A stretch of 32,000 nt of DNA from an uncultured bacterium (GCA_963699255.1 OY969425.1:1-32000), one strand, 5' to 3'. Counted from the first letter of the stretch, positions 1-11,269 are shown. The notes: a model not told the origin generated them from the letters alone. Made by a program: numbers and translations.

Positions 1-41
1 CACGATCGCAGACGCAAGTATTCAATTAGAGTTATGGATAA

Positions 42-1561
<1,520 letters not shown>

Positions 1562-1692
1562 CTAAGGAGTCTAAATTTTTTAGTATTCCTAGGTCGTCGC
1601 CGATTTTATTATCGGCGCAAACGATGTCCACGTCTGAACCTGTTTAGTTTTGAAAGCGTAACCTTAAAATGCAAAGGCGATTGAGGGCATTT

Positions 1693-1712
1693 CCTGCCTG
1701 CCGGCAGGCAGG
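1693..1712. repeat. Perfect 20-bp palindrome CCTGCCTGCCGGCAGGCAGG
   Basis: Self-complementary by inspection; flanked by near-identical 15-mers GGCGATTGAGGGCAT and GGCGATAGAAGGCAT. Confidence 0.85.
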
Positions 1713-1734
1713 GAGGGCGATAGAAGGCATAGTA

Positions 1735-1770
1735 AAAGCCAATTGATCTAATGACCAATTGGCTTTTTTT
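1735..1770 (+). terminator. Rho-independent terminator downstream of 16S
   Basis: AAAAGCCAATTG-atctaatgac-CAATTGGCTTTTTTT. Confidence 0.85.
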
Positions 1771-1780
1771 GCCGCAAATG

Positions 1781-1816
1781 AAAAGCCTGGTAAAAATTAC
1801 CAGGCTTTTTTAAATG
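1781..1816. terminator. Bidirectional terminator between 16S (+) and the 1833-2276 gene (-)
   Basis: AAAAGCCTGGTAA-aaa-TTACCAGGCTTTTTT, symmetric with A and T tracts. Confidence 0.8.
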
Positions 1817-1832
1817 ATATTAGTTATGTGCT

Positions 1833-2276
1833 TTAAATCTTTCCGGGCAACTGACCGTACCAGTTCTGCTGATCGTCCCGCGAAACAGTCGCCGTAAATT
1901 CAAGCGGCTCACGCTTAACTGCCTTCTTAACGGCATCAGTATAAAGAGAGCCCCAAATTCCTCCTTTAAACCACCTAATGTATTGATTAGTAAGGAAGTG
2001 GCTAAAGAGACTCTTCACATTTCCATACCATACCTTCTGATCGAGTTGCGGAACTTTTGCAGTAAGATCAACAATGCCGCAATTAAACATGTTGAGTACT
2101 CCAGTAAACCACCTATTGTGTTGCAGATATAGACCCTTCTTAATGGATACTCCATACCAAGCTTGCTGATCTCTTATGCTTTGTCGAGCTCCCGCTTTAA
2201 AATTCCCCTTAAATCCACCGCGGGACCAGCGCCTATGTTGATTGCCTAACGAATTAATTCCTTCTGATCCTTCCAT
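1833..2276 (-). CDS. Small repeat protein with three degenerate QxxRW...DQxxWYG modules; related to parts of the split GT2 proteins
   Basis: ORF 1833..2342; ATG at 2276 preferred because aaggggg lies 8-10 nt upstream (caagggggtgaataaaATGG). Translation contains NQHRRWSRGG..DQQAWYG, LQHNRWFTG..DQKVWYG, and NQYIRWFKGG..DDQQNWYG. Confidence 0.7.
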   Translation of the reverse strand: MEGSEGINSLGNQHRRWSRGGFKGNFKAGARQSIRDQQAWYGVSIKKGLYLQHNRWFTGVLNMFNCGIVDLTAKVPQLDQKVWYGNVKSLFSHFLTNQYIRWFKGGIWGSLYTDAVKKAVKREPLEFTATVSRDDQQNWYGQLPGKI

Positions 2277-2333
2277 TTTATTCACCCCCTTGAAGAGGTC
2301 CACAGAAACAACTCTTATCTCCCCTCTGTATAT

Positions 2334-2361
2334 ATATCGCAAAAATCGGCTTTATATTTCA
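2334..2361 (-). promoter_or_regulatory. Sigma28/FliA-like promoter element, copy 1
   Basis: Minus strand: TGAAATAT-N12-TGCGATAT, followed by atatacagaggggagat; -10-like box is 58 nt from the ATG at 2276. Confidence 0.6.
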
Positions 2362-2403
2362 ATCGATGTGGTTTAGCTTGATCGGCCTTTTTTGTTGAAA
2401 ATG

Positions 2404-2436
2404 AAAAGCCCCTGTGAAAAACAGGGGCTTTTAAAA
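2404..2436 (-). terminator. Terminator for the 2461-3321 gene
   Basis: AAAAGCCCCTGT-gaaaa-ACAGGGGCTTTT. Confidence 0.8.
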
Positions 2437-2460
2437 CCATTAAAATCAAATACCGGTTCT

Positions 2461-3321
2461 TTAGTACTTCACCGTAACCTCAAGGTTTATCGGCGCGAGC
2501 CTTTTGAGGCCGACATAATACGGATTCGTATTTGGATCGTAAGGCTTGGTCGGATCATAAGGGTCGACTAATACCCTGTTGAGATCGTCTGCATGATACC
2601 CTGTCCATCTGACGCGATTATTGTATACCGTCACTATCCCTTCGTCAGGATCGAAGAGCAGTTTTTGAGCGCTTCCGACGCTATATCGTTTCATAGCGTT
2701 CAGGTCAACTATTGTCGAAGTATCGATCCCGTATTCGACCACCGCGCACACTTCCATGTTCCCGTTGCCTGTTTCGCTGTTCAGCAGCGCCTCGGGCAAA
2801 GTAAATTCCCGCTGTCCGCCGGCGAGATCAAAAATTCCCGCCGACAGCTCCGGCGCCGTAACGGGGTGGTCGCCTTTAAGCTCTACCCACCGTCCGCTTG
2901 TATCAAGGCCGTAGATCTTGCCATGGGACTTGTCAATAAGCTTGACGCTTTTTATATAAAGCTTTACCGGAGCCTGCCCGCCGTCCTTCCACGGGGTCAG
3001 GGCGGCATCGCCGGTCGCGCCGTTTATAAGGCTTCTTACCTGATAATCGACTTTATTGGCCTTTATGATGATCTTCGGCCTATAGCTGGGATCAGTATTG
3101 GGTGAGACCTTGTCAGACACGTCGATCTTCACTATTTTTGAAGTTCGGAACGTGCTGCCGTCATCTCTCACCAAAGGCCCTTCCCACTGGACATTCGTGG
3201 TATATTGCGGCCCTGAGACAGGCTTGGACGAACCTTTTTCACCCTTTTTGCCCTTAAAAAGGATCGAATCGATCAATGAGACCACAGGATTCTTGACAGC
3301 CGTTGTATCTGTTCCGCCCAT
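2461..3321 (-). CDS. Hypothetical protein of ~286 aa
   Basis: Long ORF 2461..3330; ATG at 3321 preferred (caaggagtgaataaaATGGG). No recognised family. Confidence 0.75.
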   Translation of the reverse strand: MGGTDTTAVKNPVVSLIDSILFKGKKGEKGSSKPVSGPQYTTNVQWEGPLVRDDGSTFRTSKIVKIDVSDKVSPNTDPSYRPKIIIKANKVDYQVRSLINGATGDAALTPWKDGGQAPVKLYIKSVKLIDKSHGKIYGLDTSGRWVELKGDHPVTAPELSAGIFDLAGGQREFTLPEALLNSETGNGNMEVCAVVEYGIDTSTIVDLNAMKRYSVGSAQKLLFDPDEGIVTVYNNRVRWTGYHADDLNRVLVDPYDPTKPYDPNTNPYYVGLKRLAPINLEVTVKY

Positions 3322-3378
3322 TTTATTCACTCCTTGGAAGGGTATTGAAATTAATGTCCCTTACTCCCCTCTGTATAT

Positions 3379-3406
3379 ATATCGTCAGAAACCGCTTAAA
3401 ATTTCA
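3379..3406 (-). promoter_or_regulatory. Sigma28/FliA-like promoter element, copy 2
   Basis: Minus strand: TGAAATTT-N12-GACGATAT, followed by atatacagaggggagtaa; 58 nt from the ATG at 3321, the same spacing as copy 1. Confidence 0.65.
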
Positions 3407-3437
3407 ATTATGGAAGAAGGAAGGAAATCCTGATAAA

Positions 3438-4313
3438 ATGTTACAAATGGCTAAACGATCGATACTCTTGCTGCTGCTCTCCGGTATTTTTTTATGTTCA
3501 CACGCATATTCATTCCCGGCGTTAAAACTGACGTCTGGAGGCGGGATCTTCGCCCAGGGGAAGACAGCGTACCTTTATTTCACCTCGAACGAGCCGAGCG
3601 TGGAGATAACCGGCGATTTCCAGGGAAAAGAATTCCGCGCTTATCCTTACCGCGGAAAATACCGCGCGGTGATCGGGTTCAGCATAGACGATCCCGGCAA
3701 CAAGAGCTATTACATGAAGGTGAAGGTGAGGGACGGCGCAGGGGAGACGGGCAATTATCATTATAAGGTATATGTCAGAAGAACAAAGTTCGGCAGGCTT
3801 AATTTTATCCTCAGGCCGAAAAAAGTCGAGATGCTCATGCCGGATACGATAAGGGCTGACTGGAAGAAGATAGAAGATGAGGTCATCAAGGAAAATCCGG
3901 AAAAATACTACCGGGGACGTTTTGTAAAGCCTATATACGGAAGAGTGTCGATGATCTTCGGGATCAATGAATTCATCAACGGAGAAGAATCGGGCAAGCA
4001 CAGGGGATTGGATTTCGCGGCTGTTGCTGGGACGCCTATCATGGCCTCAAATTCCGGCATCGTCAGGCTGGCCGAGCGCCTTCCCGCGCACGGCAATGCG
4101 GTGGTCATAGATCACGGGCAGGGGATATTCACTTATTACGCCCACATGAGCAAGATCCTCGCGACGGTGGGGGAAAAGGTAAAAAAGGGCCAGGTCATCG
4201 GCCTGGTCGGCATGACAGGCGTGGCGACGGGCCCGCATCTTCATTTTTCCATGAGCCTGCATAACCTGCGCGTCGACCCGATGCAGTGGTTAAAGGGAGT
4301 TATAGTAGATTAG
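3438..4313 (+). CDS. M23 (LytM-type) metallopeptidase with N-terminal signal peptide
   Basis: Signal-like MLQMAKRSILLLLLSGIFLCSHAYS; M23 motifs HRGLDFA, IDHGQGIFTYYAHM, GPHLHF. Start chosen inside ORF 3303..4313. Confidence 0.88.
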   Translation: MLQMAKRSILLLLLSGIFLCSHAYSFPALKLTSGGGIFAQGKTAYLYFTSNEPSVEITGDFQGKEFRAYPYRGKYRAVIGFSIDDPGNKSYYMKVKVRDGAGETGNYHYKVYVRRTKFGRLNFILRPKKVEMLMPDTIRADWKKIEDEVIKENPEKYYRGRFVKPIYGRVSMIFGINEFINGEESGKHRGLDFAAVAGTPIMASNSGIVRLAERLPAHGNAVVIDHGQGIFTYYAHMSKILATVGEKVKKGQVIGLVGMTGVATGPHLHFSMSLHNLRVDPMQWLKGVIVD

Positions 4314-4364
4314 AGGAGCTAGAAGAGCTAGGTGTTTAGAGGTTAAGAGGGCAAGAGGAGAAGG

Positions 4365-5453
4365 ATGAAAAACAAGATATTGAGAATGATCGACGCGAAC
4401 TTGAACCGAGCGACCGAGGGCTTGAGGGTCGCCGAGGATATTGTCCGCTTCGTGCTTGATGATGAAAAGCTGACCTCAAGATTGAAGCATATAAGGCATC
4501 AGTTATCGTCAAGCGTCAGGCGGATGGCGGGAGCGTCGGGCGAATCGTTGGGCGTCAGGGACGTCAGGCGTGATGTGGGATCAAAGAGGACAACAAGATC
4601 AGAAGCGGCAAGATCGAACATCCTTGATGTTTTTATGGCGAATATAAAGAGAGCCCAGGAATCAGTCCGGGTATTCGAGGAGACCTCAAAGCTTTTCGAC
4701 CCCAAGCTCAGCCCGAAGTTCAAGAAGCTAAGGTTCGAGCTTTACGAAATAGAGCAGCAAGCCGCGATCAAGTTAAAAAAAAAGATAAAACTGGATAGTC
4801 CGATATATATCATTACAGATAACTCGTTCGGCCACTCGCATCTTGAGATCATAAGGGAAGCCGCCAAAGCAGGAGCGACGATATTTCAATACAGGGATAA
4901 GTCAGAAGTAAGAAGTAAGAAGTTTGAAGTTGCTAGACAATTATCAAAATATGCCAAAGCTCATGGATTGACCTTTATAGTGAACGATGACATTGATATC
5001 GCGAAGAAAGTAAATGCGGATGGGGTGCATTTGGGGTATAGAGATGCGAGACGCGAGATGCGAAGTGCGAGGAAAAGGCTTGGTGTGGATAAGTTGATAG
5101 GCGTTTCCGCCTCAAATCTCAAGGAAGCTGTTAATGCTGAGGCCGTGGGAGCCGATTATATAGGGTTCGGACCGGTTTTTAAGACGCCTATAAAGCCTAA
5201 CGCCAAACCCACGGGTGTAAAGGAACTTAAGAAGGTGACGAAGCGGGTGATGATTCCTGTTGTGGCTATCGGGGGCGTTTGCGCCCGGACAATAGGTCAC
5301 GTTATGGCTTCGGGAGCCGCTTCAGGGGCTGTTATCAGGTATGTGAGCGGGGCAAAAGATATCAGGAAAGCGGTAAGGAATTTGTTCTTGGCTGGCTCGG
5401 AACCTGAGAATGAAATTCTCGGTTCCTCGCAAAGAAGGAACCGCGACTTTTAG
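4365..5453 (+). CDS. thiE: Thiamine-phosphate synthase with N-terminal helical extension
   Basis: C-terminal half IYIITDN..GATIFQYRDKS..FIVNDDIDIAKKVNADGVHLG..IGVSASN..GADYIGFGPVFKT..VVAIGGV; N-terminal NRATEGLRVAEDIVRF extension as in extended ThiE proteins. Confidence 0.88.
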   Translation: MKNKILRMIDANLNRATEGLRVAEDIVRFVLDDEKLTSRLKHIRHQLSSSVRRMAGASGESLGVRDVRRDVGSKRTTRSEAARSNILDVFMANIKRAQESVRVFEETSKLFDPKLSPKFKKLRFELYEIEQQAAIKLKKKIKLDSPIYIITDNSFGHSHLEIIREAAKAGATIFQYRDKSEVRSKKFEVARQLSKYAKAHGLTFIVNDDIDIAKKVNADGVHLGYRDARREMRSARKRLGVDKLIGVSASNLKEAVNAEAVGADYIGFGPVFKTPIKPNAKPTGVKELKKVTKRVMIPVVAIGGVCARTIGHVMASGAASGAVIRYVSGAKDIRKAVRNLFLAGSEPENEILGSSQRRNRDF

Positions 5454-5464
5454 TCGCAGGGTCC

Positions 5465-6523
5465 TTAAATGATGCCTTTTGCCACCAGGTCTCCGACCTC
5501 AGTAGTAGTAAATCCCATCTGTCCGGCAAGCTGGCTTTTCATCTTCGGGGTGGTTTTCGCTATTGAAGCTTCAATGGCGTTGGCGGCCTTCACTTCTCCA
5601 AGCGTTTCAAGCATCATCGCGCCCGCTCCGATGCACGCTATCGGATTGATCGCGTTCTTTCCGGTCCACATCGGCGCGCTGCCGCCTATGGGCTCGAACA
5701 TCGATACGCCTTTCGGATTGATATTACCACCCGCCGCTACCCCGAGCCCGCCCTGCGTGACGGCGGCGAGGTCGGTTATTATGTCCCCGAACATGTTCTC
5801 TGTCACTATCACGTCGAATATTTCCGGGCTGGCTATCATGTAAAGGCATGTGGCGTCCACGTGGTAGTATTCGCGCTTAACATCGGGATAATCGGACCCG
5901 ACCTCATCAAAGACCCTGTTCCAGAGGTCATACATGTACGTGAGGACGTTCGATTTGCCGACCATCGCCAGCTTTTTCTTTTTGCCGTGCTTTTGTGTGA
6001 AGTCGAACGCGTACCGCATCAATCTTTCCACCTGCGCGTAGGTGTAAATCATCCTCTGCTCGGCGATCTCATTTTTGGTGCCTTTATTTGTCTGTCCGCC
6101 CTGTCCGGAATACATGCCTCCGGTGTTCTCGCGGATGACGGTATAATCGATCTCTTTAGGCCCCTTTCCTTTTATGGGGCACTCGACGCCCGGATAAAGC
6201 TTTACCGGCCTCAGGTTGATGTATTGATCAAGGTCAAAACGGATCTTGAGTAGAAGCCCTTTTTCAAGAATCCCCGGCTTTACTTTCGGGTCCCCGACGG
6301 CCGAAAGATATATGGCGTCGCTTTTTTTGAAATCGGCCATGACCTGGTCCGGAAGAACTTCGCCGGTCCTTAAATATCTCGCGGCTCCGATGTCATGATA
6401 TGTCAGATTCAACTTAAAGCCGAACTTATCCGCCGCCGCCATGATGACCTTGATCCCTTCGGCCATCACTTCCGGGCCGGTCCCGTCGCCTTTTATGACC
6501 GCGATGTTATATGTTTTTGCCAT
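5465..6523 (-). CDS. leuB: 3-isopropylmalate dehydrogenase-family protein
   Basis: [63 protein letters not shown]; adjacent to leuD and leuC. Confidence 0.88.
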   Translation of the reverse strand: MAKTYNIAVIKGDGTGPEVMAEGIKVIMAAADKFGFKLNLTYHDIGAARYLRTGEVLPDQVMADFKKSDAIYLSAVGDPKVKPGILEKGLLLKIRFDLDQYINLRPVKLYPGVECPIKGKGPKEIDYTVIRENTGGMYSGQGGQTNKGTKNEIAEQRMIYTYAQVERLMRYAFDFTQKHGKKKKLAMVGKSNVLTYMYDLWNRVFDEVGSDYPDVKREYYHVDATCLYMIASPEIFDVIVTENMFGDIITDLAAVTQGGLGVAAGGNINPKGVSMFEPIGGSAPMWTGKNAINPIACIGAGAMMLETLGEVKAANAIEASIAKTTPKMKSQLAGQMGFTTTEVGDLVAKGII

Positions 6524-7007
6524 GTATCTTTGTCCTTACATACTCTATGAGCCCGCCCGCCTTTATTATCTGCTGCATGAAAGGCGGGAACGAGGTCGCT
6601 TTATAATTCTTTTTTGTCGTGACGTTCCTTATCTCGCCGATGGTCAGCTCTATCTCGATCTCGTCGCCATCTGTGATGCCGTCCACAGCTTCTTTTGATT
6701 CAAGTATCGGCAATCCTATATTGATGGCATTGCGATAGAAGATCCTCGCGAAAGATTTGGCGATGACCGCCGATATCCCCGCCGCCTTTATCGCAATAGG
6801 CGCGTGCTCGCGTGAAGATCCGCAGCCGAAGTTCTCTCCGCCTACTATGATGTCGTTCACCTTCATCCTGTTAACGAAGCGCGGATCAGCGTCTTCCATC
6901 ACGTGTTTCGCGAGTTCCGCCGGGTCGTGAGTGTTCAGGTACCTCGCGGGGATTATCGCGTCGGTGTCAATATTGTCTCCGAATTTATGCGCTTTCCCTA
7001 ATAACAT
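6507..7007 (-). CDS. leuD: 3-isopropylmalate dehydratase small subunit
   Basis: [39 protein letters not shown]; overlaps the leuB start by 17 nt. Confidence 0.92.
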   Translation of the reverse strand: MLLGKAHKFGDNIDTDAIIPARYLNTHDPAELAKHVMEDADPRFVNRMKVNDIIVGGENFGCGSSREHAPIAIKAAGISAVIAKSFARIFYRNAINIGLPILESKEAVDGITDGDEIEIELTIGEIRNVTTKKNYKATSFPPFMQQIIKAGGLIEYVRTKIHGKNI

Positions 7008-7020
7008 GGTAACCTTTCTT

Positions 7021-7080
7021 TGTCATCCTGAATTTATTTCAGGATCTCAAATGCGGATTCCGAAACAAGTTCGGAATGAC
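7021..7080. repeat. Composite palindromic intergenic repeat between leuC and leuD
   Basis: tGTCATCCTGAAtttatTTCAGGATctcaaatgcgGATTCCGAAacaagTTCGGAATGAC; two internal hairpins and outer GTCAT/ATGAC ends. Confidence 0.8.
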
Positions 7081-7081
7081 A

Positions 7082-8362
7082 TTATAACTCTTCCGGGCTT
7101 CCGATGCGCCCCAGCACCGCCGATGCCGCCGCGACCGCCACATTTGAGAGATATACTTCCGATTTAGGATGCCCCATGCGGCCCACAAAATTCCTGTTGG
7201 TGGTGGATAACGCTTTCTCGCCTTCCGCGAGGACTCCCATATGCCCGCCAAGGCACGGCCCGCAGGTCGGCGTTGAGACCGCGCATTGCGCGTCTATAAA
7301 GATGTCCATAAGGCCTTCTTTCACCATCTGTTTCACGATCATCTGGGTGGCGGGAAGTATTATCACTCTCAGGTCCTTATGTTTTTTCCTGCCTTTAAGT
7401 ATCTTTGCCGCGATCCTCATGTCCTCGATCCTTCCGTTGGTGCAGGAGCCGATCACCACCTGGTCAAGCTTCACGTTCAGCCTGGATGCCTCGGATATCG
7501 GCTTGGCATTCGACGGCAGGCTGGGGAAAGCGACCTGAGGCTCGATCTCGGCGCAGTTATACTCGATCACCCTGGCGTATGCCGCATCCGGATCGCTCTT
7601 ATATAGTGTATAGCTTCTTTTAATGTTGTTCCTTTTAATGACATCTTTGACATATTTGACGGTAATGTCATCCGGCTCTATTATCCCGTTCTTCCCGCCG
7701 GCTTCAATGGCCATGTTCGCCATGGTGAACCTCTGATCCATCGATAGGGCCTTTATCGCGTCGCCGGTGAACTCCATGGACATGTATCTGGCACCGTCAA
7801 CCCCGATATTGCCGATCGTATAAAGTATCAGGTCTTTTCCCTCGACCCATTTGTTCATCTTGCCTTTGTACACGAACTTAATGGTTTCCGGCACCTTGAG
7901 CCAGACCTCGCCTGTTGCCATGGCCGCGGCCATGTCAGTGGAGCCGACGCCCGTGGAGAACGCGCCAAGCGCTCCGTACGTACAGGTATGGGAATCCGCG
8001 CCTATTACAAGGTCGCCGGGAAGGACAAGCCCGAGTTCAGGGAGCAGCGCGTGTTCTATCCCGACGCATCCGATCTCAAAGAAATTCGTGATATTGAATT
8101 TTCGGGCGAATTCCCTGAGCATCTTTACCTGCTGAGCTGACTTTATGTCCTTGTTCGGCGTGAAGTGGTCGGGGACCAGCGCTATCCGGTCTTTGTCGAA
8201 TACCTTATCCACCCCGATCCTCTCGAATTCCTTTATGGCTGTGGGCGCGGTGATGTCGTTGCCCAGGACAAGGTCTGTCCTGGCATTGATCAGCTCTCCC
8301 GCGGAGACTTTTGATCTGCCGCAGTGGGCCGCAAGTATCTTTTCGGTTATCGTCATTGCCAT
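7082..8362 (-). CDS. leuC: 3-isopropylmalate dehydratase large subunit
   Basis: [79 protein letters not shown]. Confidence 0.93.
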   Translation of the reverse strand: MAMTITEKILAAHCGRSKVSAGELINARTDLVLGNDITAPTAIKEFERIGVDKVFDKDRIALVPDHFTPNKDIKSAQQVKMLREFARKFNITNFFEIGCVGIEHALLPELGLVLPGDLVIGADSHTCTYGALGAFSTGVGSTDMAAAMATGEVWLKVPETIKFVYKGKMNKWVEGKDLILYTIGNIGVDGARYMSMEFTGDAIKALSMDQRFTMANMAIEAGGKNGIIEPDDITVKYVKDVIKRNNIKRSYTLYKSDPDAAYARVIEYNCAEIEPQVAFPSLPSNAKPISEASRLNVKLDQVVIGSCTNGRIEDMRIAAKILKGRKKHKDLRVIILPATQMIVKQMVKEGLMDIFIDAQCAVSTPTCGPCLGGHMGVLAEGEKALSTTNRNFVGRMGHPKSEVYLSNVAVAAASAVLGRIGSPEEL

Positions 8363-8400
8363 GATGGTTAGATTTTAGCAGAAAATATTTTAAATTAAAC

Positions 8401-8428
8401 TGAAATTTTCCCATGAATATTACGATAA
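8401..8428 (+). promoter_or_regulatory. Sigma28/FliA-like promoter element, copy 3 (distal)
   Basis: TGAAATTT-N12-TACGATAA. Confidence 0.5.
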
Positions 8429-8474
8429 TAACGCGGAGGAAAAAGCGGCCTACGAAAGCAAATACCTTAATGAT

Positions 8475-8502
8475 TGAAATTTTCGCGTGAAACTGACGAT
8501 AT
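8475..8502 (+). promoter_or_regulatory. Sigma28/FliA-like promoter element, copy 4 (proximal)
   Basis: TGAAATTT-N12-GACGATAT, followed by ataaagaggga; 65 nt from the ATG at 8567. Confidence 0.65.
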
Positions 8503-8566
8503 ATAAAGAGGGAAGAAGCACAAATGTTTTGAGTCACGACGTTCGGCAACGTCACAGGAAGGATAC

Positions 8567-11269
8567 ATGATGATGAATGTTTCAAAAATGACTTTAGGGA
8601 CAAGACAACCGGGTTTGAACCATCCTGTCAGTTATCGGGGGAGGATCCTTTCGCTAATTTCTCCTGAATATGCAATTCACCCGGATTCAGAAAAAATTGG
8701 AAAGATCATACATAATATAGCCCTCTGGCACGCAAGTATCGGAATAAGGACAAATGTTATAATCCCGTATTCCAGTAAACTTGATAACATTAATTGGGAC
8801 CAGATCACATATAACCATCCGCATAATTTCTGCTATAAGGAATATGAGGGCATTCCTGTTTTCGCGATCGGGAAAGACAAGCCTTTTTCTAATGTAATTC
8901 CGCCTAAAGAAACCGGGTATGCCGATCTGATCCATTTTGGGGACGCATTATTATATTTTATGAATCTGAACGACTACAGCAATCATCCAACGGCCTTATT
9001 GCATTTCTTTGATTATCCCATGGGGATCGCCATGGACTACATCAGCAAACAACTTAAAGGGAACCCAATTGCGAGTAATATGATCTTTTCACCAATGGAT
9101 CCGCAAAGAAACTTTCATAAATACAACATGGGAGGAATGGGAGTCGGCATGGAAAAAGTGGATGGGCTCGAAATGGGCGCTAATGTTGCGCATAGCGTCA
9201 TGTTCTGGTCGGATAAGTTTTACAAGGAGCTTCAAGGTAGTCATATGTTCTACGAATTCCTTAGGGTAACTGGCGACAAAGCGGTTAAGTTGCCCGGTAG
9301 CTGGCAGCCTAATGTATTGGATAATATCTCGGAAAAAACATTAAGAGAGATGCAGGAAGTATATATGGGCACGTTATATAAAAAAGGGATAGATAGGTCA
9401 ATACATTTTATGACTGAACCGGACACGAAAATGTTCATGGACAAGGTTTACTACTTCATTCCCGAACCCTCAGACATAGCGAAACCTTCCAGAAAAATAG
9501 TGCTCAAAGATGCTTTAAGGCATGTCGCAAGTGACCTGGACAATATAATTGTCGGTGGACTCAGAGGAGTGAAGATACTTGGCGGAGGAAGGGACAAGGA
9601 TGTGTTCTACGATTACTGGGAGAATCTGGGAGGTTTAACCGCTCTTCTGGAACAGGTCATAGTGGATAACCGGGGGAGAGCGGACGTTGATGTAAAGGGA
9701 GCAAGATACCTTCTTTTGGCAGATGCGGGAGATTTTAAAAGAGGCGGGGTAATGGCCCAGGCGCTAGGAATTGAAGCTCTAAAAAGTTTGACGCCGGAAG
9801 GGGAGAACACACTTGGCATTAATTGTATCAAACAGGCTCCGATCTTTTTCCGTCAGCTGCCTGATCACGGGAAGGGGTGGATAGTTTTTTCCGCTTCGGA
9901 CAATAAATGGCTGCCGGATGGTTCGCCAAAAACGGGGAAAAAATATTTATGGGAGTCAAAGTCCAAGATAATCCTTACCGGGAAGCCGGCCGCCAATGTG
10001 GAGGCTGTAAAAGGCCTGGGTTGTTGGGTCGCTGATGAAGCCGGAAAGATCCAATTGTTCGCGGAGAAAGCTTCGCCGGATGTGGTTAAAAACGCCTTGG
10101 ATAACCTGGGATTGGCAGAGGAAGATATAAACTTGAACCCTTTCGTTTTCGCGATCAAATACGATATTGCTGAAAAAATAGTGAACTTATACAAGGATAC
10201 GCCATGCAAGAAGGACGGAAAAGCTTTTGTGACCACGTATCCCCTGGATATTTCGAGCCATTTTATTTTCCCGACAACGCTTAAAAAGGGGGAATGGCAA
10301 AGGATATACGAGATATTACAGCAGGTCAGAAAAGGCAAGGTGGCTGATGAGGTTTATGATGAAGCTACCGAGAACGGGTTAAATCTGGTCGCGATAGCGA
10401 AAGGGATGAAAAAGTTTGAAAAAGAGAGGATAGGGCAGGTATTTGATAATCTGGAGGATTGGATGATGATATATGAGATGGCGCAGAAAATAAAACTTGA
10501 TGCAAATGATATCGCGGGAGCAAGCATCGGGCCGAATTGCCAGTGGAATGATTACGGGACCCTTGAAGAAATGATCGAAAAGATGTGGATGGCGGCTTTT
10601 GATAACAAGGAGCAGGTCAGATCTGTCGCAAGAAGAAGAACAGGGTTTCCTGAGGACAACAACGATATGAGCGTTGATATGGAACAAATCAAAACGTATG
10701 TAACATTCATTGATCCAGTAACCAATGATGTCATGGATCTCGAGGACGGGGAAATTCCGGAAAAGGTGATAATACAAGATGTTAATTTTGATCATCCGGT
10801 CCAGATCGTTGCCGATAGAGTGATATTGCATGATGTTGTACTGGGAGAGGGAGTGAAAAGGATACCGGCGAATACCATCATTTCCAGAGGGGAAATAGAT
10901 GAGCTGGAAGAAGCTCCCGACCAACCCAAAAGAATATCGCATCAGCCGGCGCTAATATTCAATTGTCATAAAAAGGGCAAGGTCATTGTTTACAGAGGCA
11001 TGGCACACGCATCCCTTAGTCTTGCGTATGTTGATAATGCGGATCTTATCGCACAGGGTTTACATGCATCAGAAACGCCGCTGGCGTTAAGCCCCATATA
11101 TTTCGATCTTAAGGAGGAAATCTTGAAACAGAACAATTATCAACTGTATCCCGGCATTAATCTGCTTGAACCGGGACTGAACATGCTGGATCAGTCGTTC
11201 ATCATAGAAGATGAAAATGGCAAGCCGAAGCTTTTGGGCCTGAACTTTTTCCAGGTCAAGAGCGATTGA
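8567..11269 (+). CDS. Large protein: GT5-like N-terminal segment, nucleotidyltransferase-like middle, LbH-like C-terminal segment; tandem copy A
   Basis: 900-aa ORF with SD aggaagg. VDGLEMGANVAHSVMFWSDKFYKEL resembles the GT5 acceptor-side region; GDFKRGG..ASDNKWLPDG..FAEKASPDVVKNAL..NPFVFAIKYDIAEKI is NTase-like; HPVQIVADRVILHDVVLGEGVKRIPANTII is LbH-like. Confidence 0.9.
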   Translation: MMMNVSKMTLGTRQPGLNHPVSYRGRILSLISPEYAIHPDSEKIGKIIHNIALWHASIGIRTNVIIPYSSKLDNINWDQITYNHPHNFCYKEYEGIPVFAIGKDKPFSNVIPPKETGYADLIHFGDALLYFMNLNDYSNHPTALLHFFDYPMGIAMDYISKQLKGNPIASNMIFSPMDPQRNFHKYNMGGMGVGMEKVDGLEMGANVAHSVMFWSDKFYKELQGSHMFYEFLRVTGDKAVKLPGSWQPNVLDNISEKTLREMQEVYMGTLYKKGIDRSIHFMTEPDTKMFMDKVYYFIPEPSDIAKPSRKIVLKDALRHVASDLDNIIVGGLRGVKILGGGRDKDVFYDYWENLGGLTALLEQVIVDNRGRADVDVKGARYLLLADAGDFKRGGVMAQALGIEALKSLTPEGENTLGINCIKQAPIFFRQLPDHGKGWIVFSASDNKWLPDGSPKTGKKYLWESKSKIILTGKPAANVEAVKGLGCWVADEAGKIQLFAEKASPDVVKNALDNLGLAEEDINLNPFVFAIKYDIAEKIVNLYKDTPCKKDGKAFVTTYPLDISSHFIFPTTLKKGEWQRIYEILQQVRKGKVADEVYDEATENGLNLVAIAKGMKKFEKERIGQVFDNLEDWMMIYEMAQKIKLDANDIAGASIGPNCQWNDYGTLEEMIEKMWMAAFDNKEQVRSVARRRTGFPEDNNDMSVDMEQIKTYVTFIDPVTNDVMDLEDGEIPEKVIIQDVNFDHPVQIVADRVILHDVVLGEGVKRIPANTIISRGEIDELEEAPDQPKRISHQPALIFNCHKKGKVIVYRGMAHASLSLAYVDNADLIAQGLHASETPLALSPIYFDLKEEILKQNNYQLYPGINLLEPGLNMLDQSFIIEDENGKPKLLGLNFFQVKSD

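Noticed and set aside
4905-5080. Low-complexity repeats in thiE (agaagtaagaagtaagaagtttgaag and gagacgcgagatgcgaagtgcgag)
   Set aside because: The frame is preserved and the core ThiE motifs flank them; probably simple-sequence drift rather than a mobile or CRISPR element.
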